A stretch of DNA of 61,155 nt, filler included, from Sphacelaria rigidula (Eukaryota), in the NCBI GenBank assembly GCA_964200075.2. It is 9 parts of 9 records of this genome, joined end to end, with 100 filler letters (N's around TTAATTAATTAA, not from the genome) between each part and the next. Parts side by side here need not be neighbours in the genome. Positions count along the whole stretch, not along the records: positions 47,645 to 54,350 come from CAXNAA020018496.1; positions 54,451 to 61,155 come from CAXNAA020018497.1; 7 more parts are not named here. The stretch is one strand, 5' to 3'. The notes under the pieces were generated by a model. The model was not told the DNA's origin. It made no database searches and was given only the letters and a program-made list of their open reading frames with translations. Shown one piece after another: positions 52,101-61,155 of the stretch. A program made the position numbers and the translations under genes. The number at the start of each line of letters is the position of its first letter. Position 1 is the stretch's first letter.

Positions 52101-52351
52101 GCACTTGCGACAGCATGAGCGATGGCGGCTCCAGCGGCACCACTACAAATAGGAGCTGCTATAGCAGCATCGCCAGCGGAAGGAACACAAAGTGGCTACG
52201 CCGGACGGTGCGAGGGAAGTCGGTATTTGATGTGGCAGCGGGGAATGATGAAACGTTTGAGGGAGAGGGGGGTGACGTAAAGCGAGAGTTGGACGTGTCT
52301 GCCCCCTCTTGTTACGTGTCTGCGGCCTCATCCCGCACGCGCGAGAGGTAG
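49119..52351 (+). CDS. EsV-1-7 domain (cysteine-rich, zinc-finger-like) tandem-repeat protein, main exon
   Basis: Uninterrupted 3.2-kb frame with 22 repeats of 38 aa (114 nt) at 49142-~51646, consensus CGKEGCSKQPSFGAAGGRKAEFCATHAPAGMVNVSSKR, then a ~235-aa low-complexity tail. Start is either ATG 49232 or a spliced exon at 48934-48997. Confidence 0.9.
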
Positions 52352-53576
52352 GTCGATGAGAGGGCCCATGCACGCCCCTTTCCGGGCTGGTACCTGGTAT
52401 GGTGCTGTTCCACTATATCTGTTTATTGCGTCGGTCATGATTCCGTACAAACCTCCGCGAGAGGTGTCAACTTGGCTGTTTCCGGGTCGTATGGTGCCGC
52501 TGTGTTTGAATCGTAGCTGGAGGGAGGCCACGTGGTCATGGTGGATTATCGTGTGCTTCCGGATATTTTAAAAGTGTTTCCCGTACGAGCTGGGCCAGCC
52601 TCCAGGCGGATTTGAAGTTTGCAGGCCCATGCTCCCTCCAATATTTAGAGTTGGACCCTTGAATTTGGTATGGACAGTGAATAGGGCATGGAGAAAAAAA
52701 TTACGTCGGCACCATTTATTTTTTTCAGGGTACAACTCTAAATATTGGCGGGAGCGTGGTCCTTGAAAAACCGGGTCGGTAGAAATTCGGAACAGTATTT
52801 CGAAGGCCACTCACCGGCCCATGTTTGTTTTTCGTGTAATGAAATTTTGTGTGGGCGCTCTCTGAGGCATAATTAACAACACTCAGAGGGTCAGCTTTTT
52901 TTCAATTATTTTTTTCACTGCTTCATGGCGTTCTTGTTTGGTGAAGACCATTTCTTCACGAGAACGCCCTAACCTCTGTTGAAAAACATGAAAAATGAAG
53001 GCCCATTTGTTTTTGCACACTTTTGTGGTTCTTCCTTCTAATTTTCAAATCACACAAATCTAAAAATTGAGCTAAAACATTGAGATGAGGCCTACGAGCA
53101 ACGTTCATTTCTCCTCGATACTCCAATAAAAACACGAAAAAAATGGGAAAAAAATGAACAAAAGGTAACAAGTTGTTTTTACTTTTTTTATTATGCACTA
53201 GCAGCTCACCACACGAAATTCAATGGAACAACTCTCAAGAACTGAGGGGTGACATCCAGATTTAGGGCATCTAGTGCCTCTGCTCGTAATATATTGGTTT
53301 TAGTATAGGAACTTATGTGCGCCATATCTCGGGACAGATAAGGAATCAGGTAAGGGTATCTATCGTCTCCCCCTGCTCCGGAGAATGTCCACACCAAACT
53401 TTGTCGTCATCCGCTGAATGCATCGATCGGGGGTTTCATAGAGATTTTAGTGTGGATACCATCTCCGTTAAGTTTAGGAATCACTAGACATGGGGTTTAA
53501 TTAACGAGAAGATTTGGGCCCAAACTTTCAAGCAGATGGGCACCTTCGCCTTGGTTGGACGATTAATACGATACTA

Positions 53577-53870
53577 AACAAGGTGTTCGTGAGATTGAGA
53601 GTTGGGTGCGGAGTGAGAGTGACTTTGGTCGTTTGCTTTAACTTGGCCAATTTTTCATTCCTGGTGTGCTTTTCGTCGTCTCATCACTGCCATGTGCTCA
53701 CAGCTACACGTTGATATCCTACTCGGGTATCGAGGGCCTCAGTGGCAAGCTACTACAGAAAGAATATTTGGCCTGGTGGAGATGCATTTCGGAACTGAAA
53801 CGTTTTCAGTAGTTGACCGCTTTTCACTCTCAATCGTACCTTCAACTCTCAATTTCACGAAAACGTTGTT
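53577..53870 (+). mobile_element. MITE family B
   Basis: AACAAGGTGTTCGTGAGATTGAGAGT...ACTCTCAATTTCACGAAAACGTTGTT; TSD ACTA. Confidence 0.93.
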
Positions 53871-54677
53871 ACTAGTGGTGAGCCACGGCTGACGCGCGTG
53901 GCAGTAGTGCTGCAGGTATCAGCGGCACAAGTCTGGCACGCGTGGAGCTTTTGAACAAAATGACGAAAACAAATGACCCCGACAATCACCGTAATTCATC
54001 AGGAGAAGCAGAAAGGGACTTCCAACCCCACGGCTACCCGTAGCCACTACAAAAGAAAGGAAGCCTGACCGTGTTGGCGCCAACCTGACAGCGCTACATT
54101 CATGGAGAACCTATCCCGAAGAAGCAAGGAATAAACGGAGTAGAATAGCGCTCCGTCTCTCATCCCCCCACCGCAGGTACAGTAGTATCTCGTCAAGGCG
54201 TGCCTTGGACCATTGATGTTAAGGTGATAACCTACCAGATTCTTTTTTTTCCCCACCGCAAGCTTGCCAGACACGGAACAAAACAACAAATTGTGCGAAT
54301 TGAGGTTTAACTCTGAGATGAGGTTCAAGCCTAAAACAGTGCTTTCCCCANNNNNNNNNNNNNNNNNNNNNNNNNNNNNNNNNNNNNNNNNNNNTTAATT
54401 AATTAANNNNNNNNNNNNNNNNNNNNNNNNNNNNNNNNNNNNNNNNNNNNTGCTTCGGATGTTTAGGAGGACCCGAAGCGGCCACCTTCCCCGTCGTTTT
54501 CCGAACCGTTTCGATTTCGTCGACTGCTGCGGGCATTTGGGGGGGGAGATGGCTTCGCTCGGTCGTAGGTGTTTCGCGTGATCCCTGCAGAAAAGAAATG
54601 CTACTTCAACCTCATTTTTGGGATGTACCCCATTTTTTAGGATCCGCTGTTTCATGATGACAGGAGGATGGACGTGT

Positions 54678-54980
54678 AACTCTGTTTTCGTGAGATTGAG
54701 AGTATAGCGTTGATTTGAGAGTGCGTTTTGTCATTCGCTTTAACGTGAACAGTTTTACATTCTGTATGTGTCTTCTTTGCCTGCAATGCTGGCGGGTGCT
54801 TACAGCTACACGTCCATTTCCTACTCGGGGATATCAAGGGCTTCAGTGGCAAGCCACTACAGAAAGCGTACTGACTTTGTGGAGAAGCATTTCGGAACTG
54901 GAACTTTTCCTTCATTGGTTGACCCCGTCTCATTCTCAATTGTATCTTCTACTCTCCCCATTTCACGAAAAATTGTATTT
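54678..54980 (+). mobile_element. MITE family B, diverged copy (short degenerate copy also at ~57016-57150)
   Basis: Internal sequence colinear with the 53577 copy; ends eroded. Confidence 0.8.
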
Positions 54981-54999
54981 GGGTCTGGCCCAAAGGCTA

Positions 55000-55593
55000 C
55001 GAGCTGGGCCAGCCAAGAGTACGTGTGAATCTCGCTCAGGCGACGCACGGCGCGATGTTAGGAGTTGGGAGCTGAAATTTAGACAGCAGCTATTCATGAT
55101 CAAAATTCAGAAGATACCAACAAATAAAAAAATGAAAAAAATAAAAAGTCATGGGCATTTGAAATTTCAGCATAAACAAAATAATGTCATGAGTTCAGGA
55201 AAAAAAGGAGAAACTGCAGCTGGACACGTGAAGTATCAGTTCATGGGGTGCAGAAGACCTTCCTGAAATTTCAGCTCAAGAATCTTGATATTGGGCCGGG
55301 CGTCCAACATTTTCCGTGACGCTACTGCACCCCTAAAGATCTAGTGATGGGAGACTCCAATTATGGAGGTCATGAGTTCGAATCCCGACATTTTCTCTTT
55401 TTTTTTCGTCCGTCGTTAAGGTTCTACATCATGCAGTACCTTCGTTTTCATTTATTTTTCATTCGGCGGCGATGGCGTGTGTCACGAGATTGGTCTACAC
55501 TTCACAGTGATATGCTTACATCGGGTTCATTCGGGTAACTGGGGAAGCTGTGGTGTGAGCAAGTTTCACCAGCTTTTAATCTGACCCAGCTCG
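55000..55593. mobile_element. Tc1/mariner-type MITE
   Basis: TA|CGAGCTGGGCCAG...CTGACCCAGCTCG|TA; the same left end recurs at ~52586, ~17315 and ~11413. Confidence 0.65.
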
Positions 55594-55822
55594 TATGACA
55601 TACAGGCACATCCTTTGGTCTGGTCTTACATTTTCACGTTGACTTTTATTCTTCACATCCGACGTGTGTCCTATAGTGTCATCATCCGCTCTCGGTTGTC
55701 TCTAGGGTGTGTGGGAGTACATGATTACTTATCCATTGGGTTTACAGATGATGAGGGGAAGGCGGAAGCATTTGGATTTGGCTTCTTATTTTCACGTTTC
55801 TTTTTTTTCCCTTCTCAAATAT

Positions 55823-56121
55823 AACAACGTTTTCGTGAAATTGAGAGTTGAAGGTAGAACTAAGAGTTAAAAGCGGTCAATTAGGGACTGAGCCGTTTCA
55901 GTTCCGAAATGCACCCCCACCAGGCCCAACATTCTCTCTGTAGCAGCTTGCCACTGAAGCCCTCGATACCCCTGAGTAGGATATCAACGTGTAGCTGTAA
56001 GTACATTACAGTGATGAGACGAAGAAAAGCACACACGGAATGGGAAATTGGCCAAGATAAAGCGAATGATCAAAGCCACTCTCAATCCGCACCCAACTCT
56101 CAATCTCACGAAAACCTTGTT
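55823..56121 (-). mobile_element. MITE family B
   Basis: AACA...TGTT ends; TSD ATAT. Confidence 0.93.
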
Positions 56122-56176
56122 ATATGCGGTCAGGGCACCGTATGATGTGGTGAAAGTCTCGAGGAGAAATTAGGAC

Positions 56177-56239
<63 letters not shown>

Positions 56240-56477
56240 TGTGTATGTGTTGTCATCCCATCTATTCCAGACGCCGGTCTGCACCGTTCGGTTTATGTCG
56301 GCGCATCAGCCGGGGTCACAGAGAAGAAGATCAGCACAAGAGTTTCTTCTTTCGTATTTGTTTTAGTACTCCACCTTGCTTCTGCGGTGCTTGTCTTCAT
56401 TTATTTTCGCGAAAGGGGTTCAGCAGTCCCTTTCCCTTGTCGACCGTTAAGTCGAATTTTGTGTACCCACGACATAG

Positions 56478-56775
56478 AACAAGGTTTTCGTGAGATTGAG
56501 AGTTGGGTGCGGATTGAGAGTGAATTTGATCATTCGCTTTAACTTGGCCAATTTCTCATTCCGTGTGTTCTTTTCTTCGTCTCATCACTGCCATGTGCTT
56601 ACAGCTACACGTTGATATCCTATCAGGGGTATAGAGGGCCTCAGTGGCAAGCTAATCCAGAGAGAATATTGGGCCTGGTGGGGGTGCATTTCGGAACTGA
56701 CACGGCTTACTCACAAATTGCCCGCTTTTCACTCTCAATCATATCTTCAACTCTCAATTTCACACAAACGCTGTT
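56478..56775 (+). mobile_element. MITE family B
   Basis: AACA...TGTT ends; TSD ATAG. Confidence 0.93.
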
Positions 56776-56814
56776 ATAGTCGCTCTCCACTGTTGGGCAT
56801 TGTGCGACGAAAAA

Positions 56815-56893
56815 TCTCAGATCGCTCCGAGATTCGAACCCACGACCCAACCGTCAGAGAGGTTCGAGATTCCCAACGGAGCCACCGGGGCGA
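56815..56893 (-). mobile_element. tRNA-derived SINE-like head
   Basis: Minus strand GCCCCGG-TGGCTCCGTTGG (A box) ... GGTTCGAATCT (B box); weak T-arm; similar B boxes near 34225 (-) and 55377 (+). Confidence 0.55.
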
Positions 56894-58529
56894 CCCGTTG
56901 TACGAGTGTGTGCAACGAACATATCAGCAACCCCACAACGTCTGTCCAGCAACCTCATTGAAGTATAGTACGTCGCACGTTCAGAATCCATGCGATCGTG
57001 GGATCATCCAAACTCAACGATGTTTTCGTGAGACAGAGTCCACGATACGATCGAGAGTCAGAAGTAGTCAACTGATGAAATGGATTCAATTCCGAAGTTC
57101 TCCTGTAGGCCTTATACGAGACTCTCAACCTCAATCCTACGAAAACATAGCCTTTTGTGCGTTTGCACGTTATGTTTAACCCTTTGACCGCCAACGTGAG
57201 TGATTTGCTGAAGCAACATCACCATTACTTACAACAAATGTGCGTGACCCACATGACCTACCCTGGCGGCCAAGGTTTAAGGGCATTCTTGAGGCGCGTT
57301 CTTATCGAAGGTGATAATCCTTACACCAAAATCTCCTTCAGAAGAAACGGCCGCCGATTGCTCTTAGCTGCGATACCACCCCCAAACAACGCGCCCCCCA
57401 ATCCCCTTTGCAAACGTAATTTTTAGGAAGCGGTATCAGCTAAAATAATTATGGGTATCGTATTGAAATGGGGTTACGGTGCTATTATGGCAAGCACAGG
57501 CTCACTAGGCAAGGCAAGGGGGTCAGTCCTCAGACTGAACGGCCACGCCACAACAAGGCACCATCTCACACACGAAGTGTCCGACAAATACCAGTTATCT
57601 CACGTGCAGTTATATCTCCTTCTTTATTGCTTGGTCTCGACCTTCCAGTAGCCACTCAATCAATCTAATCTCACGCTCAGTATATCAGCCTCACCAGCGG
57701 TAGACCTCTTGCTGAGAGAGGGGCAGTAGATGGTAGTGTCAGAGGGTGACTCTCGCTTGCCAAAAGCACGCTTATGCCATCAACGTCTCTGCCATATACA
57801 AATTCACACTCGTACCTGACCAACTCTGAACAGACCTACAGTCTTGGGTCTTAGAATACCCTAATTGCAAATATAAAGGCAGACTCATCAACGGGTCTGG
57901 GGCGGCATGATACCAGACTAATATGCGTCCTCATGACACTAACCCACCCAGGCGAACCTTTATTGCAGCTGCGAGGATCTATCCTCAAAGCAGTGAAAAC
58001 TAAGGTTTTTCTTAGCCCGTAAAGTCATGAGCGGCTAATAAAGCACACCTAAGGAAACACTCCCGGACCCAACACTCTCGTACGCACTCCCACACCTCAA
58101 AAGAAGGGAAGCATAGACTGCTTCGAGGAACAGAAAAACTGCTTCGAAACGCGGAAGCACCAACTGCTTTTGCGTGCTAGTGATCAACGAAGAAGCACAA
58201 ATTGCTTCGGCGTCCTAGCAGAACGAAGCGGGAAAACAGGGAGGTACAACAGGGAGCAGAACTTCAACCCGGGAGAATCCAAAGGTACAACAGGGAGCAG
58301 AGCTTCAACCTGGTGAAATCCAAAGGTAAAAAATTGCAAGATCAGAAATCTGAAAATCGGTGATGCAACGAGATCGAGCGCCGGCCGAAAGGGGTTACTA
58401 TAGCTCCAGCAGCCGTAGATGGTGGTTGTCTTCGGTGATTCTTCGATCGTCGTCCGATGTAGGTGGTCCTGTCGTGACGTCGTAGAAGAGGGTCCTAGTA
58501 AAGAAGGGAGTGCAAACAATGCTACAAAA

Positions 58530-61155
58530 GGGGGGGGGGAACAGTTGCGGCGAAGGAGCGTGGTTCAAAGCGGGGCGTGGACGTCGTGGGTGTAGTCGAT
58601 GTTGCGCTGGTGACCGCGGCAAAGTCCTTTGGACCCAAGGCGCTGGAGGCACCAGGATCCGCGAGGTGCAGATGGGCTGGTGGTGTGTAGTGCTGGCCAG
58701 AGCTTGAGCTGTATGGGTCCAGGGTCATCGATGAAGCGCACGATGTGTGTGTCGGCAGAATCCAGGTTAGCGGAGCGGGTCTGATCCAGCCACCAGAGGT
58801 TATCGCTGCCTTTGAACCAACGGTCGCTGCCCTTGGGCAGTAATCGCTGGTTTGCGAAGAACTCTCTCTTACAAGTCTTGGTGGGTACAAGTTCGTAACC
58901 ATCGGCGACGGAGCGTAGTCCCTAATTGCGGTGAAGTTCGCGAGCTGCTGTGCCACAACGCATGTTGCGATATTTCTTGTTGCGAGTAAGATGCTGATGA
59001 TGGGATTGCGTCCAGTATAGGAGGATTGCACGGTGGTGCAGTTGAAGGTCGGATTCGCGTTCCCGAGACGCTCTCCGGAGGCCGTGCCAGTGGGTCTTAT
59101 ACATGACAGCGATTTTTTCACCTCGACCACGGTTTATCTGGTGGCCGGAGATGGAGGAAACGGTCAATCGGAGGGACTCTTCCGTCACGTCGTCCGTGGT
59201 AACGTGGTAGGACGGTGATTTGGTCGAGTAGCTGTTGAGAACATACTGTGTTAGTCCGGCAGGCAGGTACTTGGGCATGTCGCTTGTATCATGCGGGTTC
59301 GTGCAGGGTTTGCATCTGTGCACGGAGACGCGGGGTTTGGTGACCTTGCCCTGGAAGTCGCGAGACAAGTCGAGATAGAGCAGCTTGTCATCAGCGGGTT
59401 TATCATCCGGTGATGGTGGCGATGGTCCGACTGTCGGGATCTTGAATGGCCCTGTCCAATTGAGGGACAACTTTGTCTTCAAATGTTTTTCGTTGGCTGC
59501 CTTGCTGGTGCCTTGGCGGATGGTCGACAAACTGTTGTAGATCGAAACCTAATCCCCAACTTTCCAGTTGGGGCGTTTGTGCATGAGGTTGTAGAGAGCA
59601 GTGTTAAATCTCGTTAGGCGCGAGGCATTAATAGCGTGTTGTTCGCGCACGAGGGTAAATGCTTTGCGTTGTCGTGCATGCGCTAGCTCGTGGTAGGATA
59701 TCTGATCCTGATTCAACCCTTAACAGGGGATTCTATAAAATGAGGTTGGTCAATGAAATGAGGTTTGAGGAGGCTAGCCAGTATGCGACAAAAACCCGAG
59801 GGAAGTACCGTCCGCAAGTGCCTTCGATCATTTTCGGGGTGGGTAGGGCGTACTCATTTGTTGCTTGTCTTAATCGTTCGACTATTGACCTTTCGAGACG
59901 GGGCGTGGTCAACGGTCAAACGACTAAGACAAGCAACAAATGAGTGCGCCCCCCCCTCCCCGAAAATGATCGAAGGCACTTGCGGACGGTACTTCCCTCG
60001 GGTTGTTGTCGCATACTGGCTAGCCTCGTCGAACCTCATTTCATTGATCAACCTCATTTTATAGAATCCCCTGTTCCTTGGTGGCCGTCGAACGTGTGTC
60101 GCTCAAACACGGTGATGGGCAGCCGAGGGTAAGGTCCAAGATGGAGTTCGTTCGGAGAAAGGCCTGTGGCGGCGTTGACCGAGTTGTTGTAGGCAACATG
60201 ATTTGCGAGAGATATAGGTCCCAGTAATTTTGGCGGTCATTGACAATCATAGAGAGCATCTGGGCCATGGTGTGACTAACTCTTTCGGTACCACCGTTAC
60301 CGTTCGGGTGGTAGGCGCTCTTGGCAATTTTGCGGATGCCCAGGAGCTTGTAAAGCTCATCAAAGAGATCTGAGCAAAATCGCTGACCGTTGTCTGAAAG
60401 GAGTCGCTTTGGGCAACCGTAGTGCTTAATATAGCCGTGGACCAATATGCCGGCCGTTCCGGCGGCAGTGGAATATGCGGCGGTTACCGCGTACATGGAC
60501 GCGTGGCGGCTGAAGCGGTCAGTGAAGATTAAGATGTAGGTGTTGCCGCGACCTGTGGTCGGTAGAGGGCCAAAGTAGTCAAAAGACACATAGTGGCCTG
60601 ACTCGTTGGGGAGTCCCATAGAGATGAGGGGCCAGCGTACTGTCTGCCATGAAGTCTTTCGGGCTTGGTATTTTAAGCGTCGCCGAATCCAGAAGCGGGT
60701 GAAAACTTCCATGCCAACCCGCCAGTAGAAGCGTTCCAAGAGCGCCAGGGTGCGGGTGACGCCAAGGTGACATGGCAAGTCTGTGTGGCAGCCTTTCATG
60801 ACCCAGGGGCGTATTAATAATGGGAGATATATACGTGTTGATTCGTCATCGGGTAGTCGTGCGTGGCGTCCCGTGGTGGAGACGGAAATTGCGCCTGTCA
60901 AGGGCGTGGCGCGACGCACGAGTAGTTGTACACCTTCATTCGTAGTAAAAAGGATGCCTTTACGCACGAGCTCGTATACGTCAGAAATAACTGGTGGCGG
61001 CAGTGTGCCAACCGGGGCCAGAAGGGCGGATGGAAAAGGGACTGGACAGTCGAGTTGTAAGTATCGCATGGCTGCGCGACATAGCGGTTCCGCGTTTTGT
61101 TTGCGAGCCCAATCGTGTTAATAGTAGCTGGGAGGCATCCTACGATAGGGGGGGG
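58530..61155 (-). mobile_element. Decayed Ty3/gypsy retrotransposon: integrase and chromodomain-like region
   Basis: CHTDLPCHLGVTRT (zinc-binding), DYFGPLP, TDRFSR, LLSDNG, YHPNGNGGTER, NWTGPFKI, and YKTHWHGLRRASRERESDL; stops, frameshifts and a MITE insertion. Confidence 0.93.
59722..60075. mobile_element. 354-bp foldback MITE, family A, inserted in the gypsy pol
   Basis: AACAGGGGATTCTATAAAATGAGG...CCTCATTTTATAGAATCCCCTGTT; TSD CCTT; removing it restores ...GHQGLNQDQ.... Confidence 0.95.

Noticed and set aside
47645..54350. Integrated giant virus suggested by the EsV-1-7 repeats
   Set aside because: No viral hallmark genes or dense intronless gene packing on this contig; EsV-1-7 genes are a normal host family in brown algae.

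Overview
Eukaryotic, intron-rich, transposon-dense DNA, most likely from a brown alga (inferred from the EsV-1-7 repeat gene, GT-AG intron structure and plastid-type PGK). The window is not one locus. It consists of nine segments of 6707, 6707, 6706 (x6) and 6705 bp joined by identical 100-nt N44-TTAATTAATTAA-N44 linkers. This is what size-sorted contigs concatenated into a pseudo-scaffold look like, so nothing can be inferred across linkers. Supported host genes, mostly partial: a FIG4/SAC phosphatase first exon, an EngB/YihA GTPase, 3 exons of phosphoglycerate kinase, 5 exons of proteasome alpha-7/PSMA3, the NAA20 first exon (absent from the ORF track), 2 exons of a LOG-family protein, and a near-complete gene with 22 tandem 38-aa C-x4-C-x16-C-x2-H (EsV-1-7) repeats. 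The rest is decayed Copia, Ty3/gypsy, RTE-like LINE, mariner and many MITEs. Best leads: (1) the EsV-1-7 array, whose variation is concentrated at a few positions and whose modules look shuffled, like a programmable recognition array; (2) three otherwise unrelated MITE families that all end AACA...TGTT with 4-bp target-site duplications; (3) a ~65-bp G-run-anchored module found solo, in tandem and as the core of a foldback element.
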